This document shows positions 17,061-27,100 of a DNA stretch of 64,000 nt, piece by piece. Where the stretch lies: IMG/VR virus record IMGVR_UViG_3300045988_174992. The stretch is one strand, 5' to 3'. The translations under genes were made by a program, and so were the position numbers. The notes below the pieces were generated by a model, which was given only the letters and a program-made list of their open reading frames with translations, ran no database searches and was not told the origin of the DNA. Numbering within the stretch: position 1 is the stretch's first letter; every line of letters starts with the position of its first letter. This DNA comes from a virus.

Positions 17061-18941
17061 TTAGCTATAGAATTTGAATCTCTTTTGTGTTTCCAACGGG
17101 ATTGAAGACTTCATCTGATAAAACCAAAAGTTAAAACTACCATCCAATATATACGTCTGACACCAATCACCATCATATCTTACACCTCTACCAATACTTT
17201 GAATAATAGTTCGTAATGTTTCATTTTGATACCATCCATCATATAAGTCCTTCTTACGTTGAACTAGTCTGGATCCAAGATATGGATATGGCATCTTAAT
17301 CATAATGATGAATCTGCATTCATCTCCTGGCAAATCAATACCTTCATTCAATGTTGGTCCAACTAATATTGTATCAGAATCAGTATTCTTATGGTAATCT
17401 ATCAAATCTCTCTTTTCTTTTGCATCATTGTACAAAAGCATTCTATCCTTCAAATCCTGTGGAGCTTCTTCATATATCTTCTTTGCAAGATCATAAGTCC
17501 AAGTCTGGATTATTCCTTTCTTATTCTTATATCTGTTACAAAGTTCATAAGTAGCAGATTGTACATGTGGGAAACTTTCATCTTTGAATTTCTGACTCAT
17601 TTTCCATCTTGAAAGAACATATATAGGACTGTTTGTAAAATCAAATAATGATGGAAGATTATCCTCTAATGGATCAACAATACCAAGATTTTCAGAAAAA
17701 CTATCCATATTTCCTATAGTGGCAGAAGTCATAACAATATGTTCTGGACCTTGCAACAAAAATGCTTGTGCAATATAATCTTCTTTTGCACATTGTAAGT
17801 CAATAGTCTTTTCCTTTTTCTTAGCAATCTTTCCTGTTTTATGATTGAAAATTTCTATAGTATGTTCATTTGGTGTTACAACAACATAATCCTTATTTTC
17901 TTCTACAGCAACAATATTGAAGTAATTTTTAAGCATAGTTTCATGCCTCTTTTGCCATTCACATTCTTCATATACTTCATATTCTGTACTTGAAACATAA
18001 CCTTTTCCTTTGATGTTTGCAGAAAGTTTTTCCATTATCTTATCTACAACACCATTAAACATGCTAATCTTATATGCATATTCTTTTATTCTATCAAGAA
18101 CAGTATTGTCATTACATTCATATATAGAATTGAACAGAGCCTCAAGATTATCCTTCAACTGATTATGTGAACAAGCAATATCTGTTGAAAGACTTGACAA
18201 TTCTTCTTGCCATTCATCAGCAAACATATCATTGTTCAAACTTATTGCATAATCATATATATGTAATAATTTAGAAAGATTTGTATCTCTTAATTGAGGA
18301 CAATATGAACCCTGAAGCAAATTAGGAATATTGTGACACTCATCACAAAATACAATAGGACGAACATACCAAGCATTTGGATTTACTTCTATATGCCCAG
18401 CTACTGCTCTAAAGTACATCTGATAAGTCATAATTGTTATATCAGATCGCATTGCTTGCTTTCTTGCCTTAATATAAGGACACCATCTTGCACAATCATA
18501 TCCACAATCATCAGCTAATTCTGGATTAATCAAAGTTTTCCAAGAAATCTTAGCTATCTTACATTCTCCTTTATTTACTTCTTTGTTGTTTTTCTGACAA
18601 ACATAATTTGCAGATCCTTTTATTCTTCCAATCTTATGCTTCAGCTTTTCATGTGAATCAATGAAATCATCATATTGTTTCCACAAAGAAAGATCTGAAC
18701 AAAGCAGAAAACTCTTCTTGTTGTAACATTCTGCAAGTACTAATGCAGATATTATTAAAATTATTGACTTACCAGTACCAGTAGGTGCTTGAACCAAATG
18801 GGTCTGGTGATTGCTTTTCTCTTCTATGCAATTACGTACTATCTTTGCAATAATTTCAAGTTGATTTTCTCTAAACTTAAAATCATTACCAAGTACTTCT
18901 TTTGCTATATTTTCTATATTATATTCTATCTCATTTATCAT
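17061..18941 (-). CDS. Superfamily-2 DinG/XPD(Rad3)-like helicase with putative Fe-S cluster domain
   Basis: 626 aa. Walker A is VQAPTGTGKS and motif II is VFCDECHN (a DEAH variant). A four-Cys cluster, C..x..C...DCGYDCARWCPY, lies between motifs I and II, as in XPD/DinG. Confidence 0.75.
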   Translation of the reverse strand: MINEIEYNIENIAKEVLGNDFKFRENQLEIIAKIVRNCIEEKSNHQTHLVQAPTGTGKSIILIISALVLAECYNKKSFLLCSDLSLWKQYDDFIDSHEKLKHKIGRIKGSANYVCQKNNKEVNKGECKIAKISWKTLINPELADDCGYDCARWCPYIKARKQAMRSDITIMTYQMYFRAVAGHIEVNPNAWYVRPIVFCDECHNIPNLLQGSYCPQLRDTNLSKLLHIYDYAISLNNDMFADEWQEELSSLSTDIACSHNQLKDNLEALFNSIYECNDNTVLDRIKEYAYKISMFNGVVDKIMEKLSANIKGKGYVSSTEYEVYEECEWQKRHETMLKNYFNIVAVEENKDYVVVTPNEHTIEIFNHKTGKIAKKKEKTIDLQCAKEDYIAQAFLLQGPEHIVMTSATIGNMDSFSENLGIVDPLEDNLPSLFDFTNSPIYVLSRWKMSQKFKDESFPHVQSATYELCNRYKNKKGIIQTWTYDLAKKIYEEAPQDLKDRMLLYNDAKEKRDLIDYHKNTDSDTILVGPTLNEGIDLPGDECRFIIMIKMPYPYLGSRLVQRKKDLYDGWYQNETLRTIIQSIGRGVRYDGDWCQTYILDGSFNFWFYQMKSSIPLETQKRFKFYS

Positions 18942-18959
18942 GTTATTAAGATAGAAACA

Positions 18960-19574
18960 TTATCGATTCTTTTCAAACCAATCCATTGCATATTTTGCCA
19001 TTCCTTCACTGTCGCAAACATCGTCGATTTTTGGTAAATCAAAATCTGGAAATGAACCTTTGAATGTTGAAATCATCAATTGCTTATTTGCATTTCCAGA
19101 TCCTGTGTAAAACCTTTTTACTTCAGCAGGTGGTGTTACAAGAAGAGTACCAACAACAGTATGATGATGCAATCTGTCTCTTATCAGATAGTTCAATCCA
19201 GCAAGATCCATTACTGCAGCACTATGAATGGAACCATAAGATATTCCTTCCATACATATTGTTACTGAGTCAATAGTACTAGTTTTTCTGAATTGCTGTA
19301 ACAATTCTTCTATAATATTATATATTGTGTCTGCAATTGTTGACAAGTTGTGTGCTTTTGCTAGCTCACGTTCATGTGCATTATTTGTATCTTTTACATT
19401 TTCTTTTTGATATAAACAATATTCAAAAATTTCGGAATTATTTGATTGGGCATTCTTTTCTTTCTTTGTAAGCTTATCTCCTTTTATTATGAAAAATCTA
19501 CAGAAACCAGTATCAGTTCTTATTGTCATACCAGTACTGTTGATTGATGGATCAATTCCTATAAAAACATTCAT
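18960..19574 (-). CDS. RuvC-like Holliday-junction resolvase
   Basis: 204 aa. N-terminal VFIGIDPSINSTGMT provides the catalytic Asp, and CMEGISYGS provides the Glu. This is an RNase-H-fold pattern typical of phage RuvC-like resolvases. Confidence 0.6.
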   Translation of the reverse strand: MNVFIGIDPSINSTGMTIRTDTGFCRFFIIKGDKLTKKEKNAQSNNSEIFEYCLYQKENVKDTNNAHERELAKAHNLSTIADTIYNIIEELLQQFRKTSTIDSVTICMEGISYGSIHSAAVMDLAGLNYLIRDRLHHHTVVGTLLVTPPAEVKRFYTGSGNANKQLMISTFKGSFPDFDLPKIDDVCDSEGMAKYAMDWFEKNR

Positions 19575-19665
19575 GAAATCAATTTACATATTTACTTATA
19601 AATAAAAATGTGCAAATATATAAATTGATTTCATGAATTTCAAATTAAAAAATGTTAATTTAATT

Positions 19666-20037
19666 TTAGTCTTCAATTTTGAATGACCATTGCAACATAA
19701 ACCAAGAACTCTCTCGTTCTGCACGATACTTTGGCAATTTCATTCTCTTCATAATTACAGGGATAAGATGCTCTTCTCTCCATTTGTTATGCTGGATTGT
19801 AGTCCAAGTATGTTTCTGGAACCAATCTCTATCGGTTTTGCATTCAGTAAGTAACTGTTCTTCAGGTCTTGTATCTCCAATATATCTGAACATATCAATT
19901 ACTAAAGAATATACTAATGCTGGACTGTTTCTACCATTCAATGTACAAGATTCCCATCTATCTAATTTTCCATTCAACATTTCATCAAATGTAAACAAAC
20001 TTACATTTTCAAACTTCTTTCGATCCTCACGTTTCAT
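19666..20037 (-). CDS. Hypothetical protein (123 aa)
   Basis: Balanced composition and a variant early-type promoter motif upstream (20068-20096). The antisense ORF 19679..20053 looks spurious. Confidence 0.5.
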   Translation of the reverse strand: MKREDRKKFENVSLFTFDEMLNGKLDRWESCTLNGRNSPALVYSLVIDMFRYIGDTRPEEQLLTECKTDRDWFQKHTWTTIQHNKWREEHLIPVIMKRMKLPKYRAERESSWFMLQWSFKIED

Positions 20038-20109
20038 ATTATTTCTTATTTAAATTGTTCATTTATATGATAGAAATTAGTTTAGAAAATTTCAAAAAAT
20101 ATAATAAAA

Positions 20110-20218
20110 GTCACACAGGGACGTTTACAATATAGCAGGTTATAAATTATACTTGTAAACAACTATCCGCTCCCTGTGTGACCCAGGCGCTTAACAGGAG
20201 AACCCTGTGTATACCTAG
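20110..20218 (-). promoter_or_regulatory. Stop-proximal structured element, copy E2
   Basis: On the minus strand: P1 is CTAGG (20218-20214) / CCTGG (20187-20183), with an inserted hairpin ACAGG-GUUCU-CCUGU. P2 is a 12-bp perfect helix, 20182-20171 / 20121-20110. GCGG lies at 20170-20167. P3 is GTTTACAA / TTGTAAAC (20160-20153 / 20130-20123). A U-tract follows. Confidence 0.65.
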
Positions 20219-20224
20219 TGAATA

Positions 20225-21079
20225 TCATTGTTCTATTGGTGAACCATCATAATCAATATATGTTTTAGAATTGTCAAATGGTCCACAATCATCATTTAAT
20301 TTTGGATCATGATTCAAATCAAGATTATCTGTTGTATTGCCATTTACTGATATACTAGAATAAGGGTAATTCTTAAATCCAGTATCTTCTTTCTTTTTAA
20401 TGATTATGCTTTCTTCTATAGGTTTGTCAAATGGTTGTTCTTCTTCAAATCTGTTGTTAGTATCTGTTTGAATGAATTGGTAGTCAAAGTTAGAATACTT
20501 AAATACACATCTGAATGTAGCAGATTGTGCCAATGTCTGGGTATAGTCAAATTGCAACATATCTACCCCATCTATAACTGGATGATCTAATACAATTCTA
20601 GAATAAACACAGCCATTTTCATTTAAAAGATCAACATTAAAGCTATAGTCAAGATTCTTATCTAAATTTTCTGTATCTCTACAATATTGATAGCAAAAAC
20701 TTTCAAACAATAAAAAATAGTTTACATATCCTAAAGTATGTCTGAAATCTATGTTCAATGTATGGTCAACTAATGCAGCTGGACTAGCAACGCTTCTGTA
20801 ATTTACATCACTAGCACCACCTTGCATCCAATTTTGTTCAGTTCTTCCTGGAAGCCTTACTGGGTTACCGTGATTAGTTTGCTGTTGTGCAACAGTACCA
20901 GATGAGAATCCAAGTACTTCTACTTTCTGTATTGTCTCATTCAAGAATTCTATTGGTTTTGTTATGAAACTATGAGAATCTTTCAGTATCTTAGTGTATT
21001 TTTCTTGTATCTCATCTGGAATGAATTCATCTGGCAATATCAATCTGAATCCATCTCTATTTCCTGATAATGAAAACAT
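20225..21079 (-). CDS. Hypothetical tail-tip/baseplate-associated protein (284 aa)
   Basis: Lies immediately downstream of the tape-measure-like gene, the usual position of a distal tail or hub protein. No motif recognised. Element E2 follows its stop. Confidence 0.4.
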   Translation of the reverse strand: MFSLSGNRDGFRLILPDEFIPDEIQEKYTKILKDSHSFITKPIEFLNETIQKVEVLGFSSGTVAQQQTNHGNPVRLPGRTEQNWMQGGASDVNYRSVASPAALVDHTLNIDFRHTLGYVNYFLLFESFCYQYCRDTENLDKNLDYSFNVDLLNENGCVYSRIVLDHPVIDGVDMLQFDYTQTLAQSATFRCVFKYSNFDYQFIQTDTNNRFEEEQPFDKPIEESIIIKKKEDTGFKNYPYSSISVNGNTTDNLDLNHDPKLNDDCGPFDNSKTYIDYDGSPIEQ

Positions 21080-21100
21080 ATTTAAATATTATGAATGTTT

Positions 21101-24100
21101 TTATTCGGTAGATTGTGTTTTACTATTTAATGGATTATCTCCTGCTGGTGTTTCATCTCTTTCAGCACTATTTTGACCATTACCTGTAGAAGTATCACTA
21201 TATTGCATATTTGGATTTTCTGTATCTTGAACTTGCTTTACATTTACTTCTACTGGTTTGTTCAACAATGTACTGATCTTAGAAATAGAATCCTTTATAG
21301 CAGCATGACGTTTCTTTTGCATCTCATCAGCTTGATTTATAGTCTTAGCAGATATCTTAAGCTCTCTTACAAGCTTATCCAATACAACAGCTAGCTTATT
21401 TGCTAAAGTATTTGTTAATTTGTCAAGACCACCTAATCTTCTAGCCATTTGATCTAAAGCAGTTATCAAGTTAGTCATAGTTTGTGCTTTTGCCACATCT
21501 AAAGTATTTATAGATCTAGTAAACTTAGATACATCTTGAGTTTCTGTTCTGAACTGTGATGTATTCTTTACTTTACTTATTTCTACATTTATACCTTTTA
21601 CGGCATTTATTACATTGTCATATTTAGAAGTATCCTTTGGAGCTTTATCATAAACATCAAACAACATCTTCATTCCATTATAATAATCCACCATCATAGG
21701 TCCAAACATCAATATGTTCTTAGATAAACCTTTAGAATCCAAATTAACAAATGTCTCTGATATTCCTCTGACCATCTCTTTAGGTATGTCAGAGAGTGAT
21801 ATCACTATGCTTGCAGCATTGGCTTTAGTCTCTTTCTCTAACTTCTGTTTGAATTTAATTATCTTCTTATAAGATTTTATAGCATCATTCAGTATATCAG
21901 TATATATATCAAACTGGTTTTGTATAGAAGAAAATTCATCATCTTTCAAATTAGGCATCTTCTGAATAGCTCTAGACATGCTAAATGGAAGTTGTGTTAA
22001 AACAGCATCTACTATCTTATTTAATCCATGTATATCATCTTCCTTTCCAAATTTAGATTTTAATTTAAATATGTCACTATAAGAAGATACTATGTTATTC
22101 AAAAGCTCAGTATAAGAACTATAGCTAGAAGATATCTTCTCAATGTTATCTTTTGCATCTTCAAAGAATGGTTTGAGTTCTTCTTGATTCTCATCCATTG
22201 TTGCTTTCATTACAGCATTAGGAACAGAACTTATCATTAAAGAGATAATAGCTGAAAGATTATTCATCTTAGGTTTATCCAACTTTAAGTCAAGTATAGA
22301 TTTTATAGATTTTATATTTTCTGCAATTAATTTATCTAAACCACCTAAACAGTTCTTTACCTTAGCAAATGGACTAGTACTTCCATCATGATTAAGCCAT
22401 CCAGAATCTTCAAACCAAACTTTATTATGTGGATCATCATATACAGCCATTACAGCTGCTGGTATGCAAGACATCAAAGCTGTTACGTTATTATATACAG
22501 TTCCTCCAAGTCTTAATGATTCTATTGGTATTTTTTCATATTGACCTTTAAGAAGCTTTCCATTTGAATCATACTTTTGTATTCTTAAATCAGCCACATC
22601 TTTCACACCTTTAGCGGTTTCAGACATTAATGATCCAATTCCCTTCAATGCTGTAACTATTTGCGAAAATCTAGAACAAGTTCCGTCTTTAAACACAATA
22701 GATTGATCTTCAAACATCCACTCAGCATTAGGATTGTCTTTAAGAGCCAGAATAGAATTTCCAAGACATGACACTATACGTTGAGTATTTTCTGCAGCAT
22801 TCTTGAAATCCTTAAAACCAAGTGGTCTTGTTCCTTTCTGTTTTCCATCAGCTCCATATATAGGTATTCTTAAGTCAGCCATATCTTTGACACCTTTAGC
22901 TATATTAGATATCATTTTTCCTAAGCCTGTACAACCAGTAACAATACGACCAAATGGAGTTTTTACTCCTATCATATTTCCAAGCCAACCACTATCAAAC
23001 ATTCCTTCAGGAGCTTTATTATATAAATCTAATAATGCATATCCTAAGGTTGTAACAATTTTAGATATATTTTCAGCTGCATTAGTAAAATCAGGTTCTG
23101 TTAAATTACGATATCCTACTTTGTCTGTTCCTTTATAAATAGGTATCTTTAACTCTGCCATATCTTTAACACCTTCTGCTATCTTAGCAATCATCTTACC
23201 CATTCCAGTACATGATTTCACTACTCTAGTGAATGGTGTGTCCATACCTAAGAAGTCTCCAAGCATTCCATTAGAGAATATGGTAGGATTTTCTTTGTAT
23301 ATATCTAAGATAGTTCCACCTATTATAGTAACAATAGTTTTTATATTCTCTGCAGCATCTGTGAAATCAGCATCTGTCAAATTTCTTCTTCTTATTATCT
23401 TTCCTCCTTCTCCATATATAGGTATAGAAAGATTAGCATAGTCTTTAATTCCTTCTGATAACATAGACATCATGTGTCCTAAACTAGCAATAGTTCCAGA
23501 TGCAGCAACTATCATCATATCAAGCAATGGATTCATAAATGGTTTGAGTTCCCAAACTATGCTTAGCATGGCTTTAATATCATCTGTTATAATAGAAGTG
23601 TCAACTCTTTCAAGCTTAGAAGCCATATCCATTACCTTTATTATCTCTTGCATGGCTTTTCCTGCTAATAAGACGCATCCAATGATTCCAGCTAAAGCGG
23701 CTTCACCAGCCGCTAAAGCCAAACCTCCTAAACCACCAGTTCCAGCTGATAGATATCCAAGACCTATTACTCCACCAGCAAATGCCAATAGTACTGCTAT
23801 TGTAATTCCTATAGTACCCAATAGTCCACCCCAGTCACTTCCTATATTATCTCGGAGTTTTACTATCTCCATCATTGCATATCCTGACAATCCAATACAT
23901 ACAATAACTCCTAATAAAGCTAAAGCCCCCGTTTTAAGGTTTCTTTTTACCTTGCTGAGCATTCCTAGTATGAACGACATTCCACCTACTAGCAAGAGTT
24001 CTAAACCTAAGAACTTTAGTATGTTGATATCTAAGTCTGGGTAGTTCATCAATAACATTCCACCGGTAAGCAATGCTATAGAAGAGACTAATACTAAAGC

Positions 24101-27100
24101 AGATAATGCATATCCTAGGAATAATGTCTTCTCATTGATTATTTTTCCAGCAAATCCATAAGCTAATGTTATTCCAGCTACAAAACCACCTAATATTCCA
24201 GCAAATGATATAGTAGCAACTGCCATATTAGGTATCATCATAAACAATCCACCAACCAATAAGGTTGCTGCTGATAGCACAACTAAATTAGAGAATTCAT
24301 GTGCCATGATTAATCCCTTTTCTCCTTTAAGTATCTTATTAGCGCCATAGTAAGCTAATGATATTCCACCCAAGAATAAACCTAATGTAAGAGTAAATCC
24401 TATAGCAGACCAGAACATTCCATCTATATTCATAATCTTGGCACCTAACAAAAGTATAGCTCCAGATATTCCAACCAGAATTGCAAAATTCTTAGCATCA
24501 TCTATGGCTTTTTCTGTGGTTTGGGTAATACCTAACTTACCACCTAACTTACCACTTATATAATTAGCTGCAAAATCTCCGCCAGAGTATGCTAATTTCA
24601 TTAAGAAGATAAATATTCCAAGTTCAAAAGCAAACAATAAAGCAGTTCCAAACAGAATTGGATGTTTAGTCATATATACAGTTGGAAGAAGTAATGTCAA
24701 TCCAGCTATACCTATCAACCAAGCAAATTCTTCTGCTGATGAGATAGTTTCTTCTATCATATTGCTAGCTATTGTATAAGCACCTATAACACCAGTTATC
24801 AGTAGAGTTAATGAAAATGCAAACCCAATTACACTTCCTGTTGGAAGGAATTTATTGACCATAGCACCAAAAGCTAGTATAAAACCAGATTTTACAATTA
24901 AATTTATAAATGAATCTGATATTTCTATGGTTCTCTCTATCCTCTCACTAGCTAGAGTATAAGCAAAAGTAACAGCGCCGATAAATGCTGCTAGAGAAAG
25001 TGTGAAAAGAAAAGAATTCTCAAAGATACCTGGTATCATCATAACAGCAGCACCTATTAAAAGAGTAGCTCCGGACAAATATATTAACCTTGTTACTTTC
25101 TCAGTTTGCTTAAGAGCTTCATCCATTCCTTTAGTAGCAAGATTGTAAGCACCTATCACACCAAGTATGAATGTTCCTAAAGCAAATGTAAATCCAAGTA
25201 TTTCAGGCATTCTTTGAAGAACAAGCTTTCCTATGAATGCACCAGCTAACATTGTTGCCGATGCTATAGCTACAACAATACCTATGTTTTTAAGTCTATT
25301 AAAGAAGTCATCATTTATTTCTATTCCATTCAGAGTATCTATCATCTTACCTACTGCTACAGCAGATAATTGCATAGACTTAAATCCTAATATTGATAAA
25401 GGTGCAGTTATACCCATTACTGATCCAAGCATAGACACTATAGTGAGTTTTTCTACTAATTTCTCTATATTGTCTATTTTCTTCAAATCTTCTTGGTTTA
25501 TATCAAGGCCATCAGATTGAATTCTCTTTATCAAACTCTTCAAATTAGTAAGTACTTTCTTATACTCTTTTATTCCATCTTGTCCCTTACTAGCAAACAA
25601 TCCTCCTATAGCAGCTAAAAATGAGAGTTTACTAAGGCTTTCTACTATTTTCTGACAACTTTCTATCTTAGATACATCATCTTTAGAAGCTGTTAATGGA
25701 TTCTTCTTGTTATTTATGTTGTTGACTAAATACTTGAGTTGAGTAACCATAGTCTTCATATTTGACACTCCTTCTTTTCCTTTGTCAACAAACATTCCTG
25801 CTATAGTACTAACAATTGCAATCTTTCCTAAATTTAGAATAACATCCTCACAATTTTTCATTATGTTAGGAACTGATTCATCATTAATAGCAGAATCTTG
25901 CATTGTGAATATTTTCTGTCCTAAGAAGTCAAGCTTATCTAAGAAAACTAAAGCATCAGATATACCAACTATTCCATTTTTACTTACTTTAGATATCATG
26001 TTTGCTACACTCATCATGATAGTAAGTTGAATTAAAGTCTTTGTAGCACTCTTTATGTCTTTAGAAGTTGACTCATTGGCCGAAAGTCTTTGTACAACTT
26101 GCATAATAAATGAAAGCTTACCATTATCACCTATTAGTTTTGTGAGTTCATCATTATTTATCTTAGAAAGAGACTTTATTATATTCATATAAAGCCAAGT
26201 AGTACCTAAAGCATAAGTTGCTATCAACTGGGTATAGGCAACATCTTTAAACTTTACATCATTACCAATAGTGCTAATATCTTCTACTATATCTTCTATG
26301 GCTCTAAGAGAAGAGTTATTCTTTCCAACAACATTATTCTTAAATATTTCATCTCCAAGTTCTTTTACTTGTAATGTAAGATATGCAATAGGCCCTTTTG
26401 TATCGTATATTCTAAGAAGTGACCAAAGAGCCATCTGAGTCTTCATTATCTTAGTTCTGTCTACATTTGTGTTTTCTCCTAAAGAAACTAATGACTCTAT
26501 AAATTTAGATAAAGCACCTACTGATTTGAATCCACCCTGTCCTGCTTCTTTTGATCTAGCTACTATATTCTCTATGATAGCAGAAATCAATCCCTTAGAA
26601 GTGATACCAATACCTGTGAGAATATTAGATTTTGTTGTCATCCAATATATAGAACGAAGATTCTTCTTCAAAGTTTTCATCTTCTGTTTGTCTATTTCTC
26701 CAATAGAAGGAATAGCATTCATTAATTCAACTACATTTGACAACTGAGACATAGTTTTCTTGGAGTCTATAGATGCAGAATTTATAGCATCACAAAGTTT
26801 AAGGAAGTCATTTGTCAACAACTTGTTGACTTTAGATATTTTTTTCTTAAGGTTATCTATATCTATTTTTGATATACTTTTGTCTATTCCTGTAAGATAT
26901 TGCACTATGTTTTGATCTTTAACTTCATACTTTACTTTAGAAACACTATTTAATGCATCTGACAAAGTTTTCAAAGCTTCCAAAGAATCATTTCCAAAAT
27001 TCAAGTCATCTATTTTTACTTTTATATTATTTAAGTCAACAGAATTAACTTGATTATTAGTATTGCTAGTTAAAACCTTTATTATATTGTCTGATGCAAT

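Noticed and set aside
16851-17105. Plus-strand ORF 16851..17105 (84 aa)
   Set aside because: It is antisense to the frameshifted minus-strand gene and overlaps the helicase stop. Its composition (F/L/S/I-rich) is typical of a shadow ORF.
19679-20053. Plus-strand ORF 19679..20053 (124 aa), almost exactly antisense to 19666..20037
   Set aside because: The minus-strand product has a balanced, charged composition and an upstream early-type motif. The plus-strand product is S/L/F/N-rich and has no signals.
22803-25520. Plus-strand ORFs of 70-190 aa inside the tape-measure-like gene (22803..23138, 23229..23441, 23472..24044, 25233..25520, 25782..26030, 26469..26747)
   Set aside because: They are antisense to a continuous 6.5-kb ORF. 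Their proteins are low-complexity and P/S/I-rich, mirroring the sense-strand codon bias, and they have no upstream signals.
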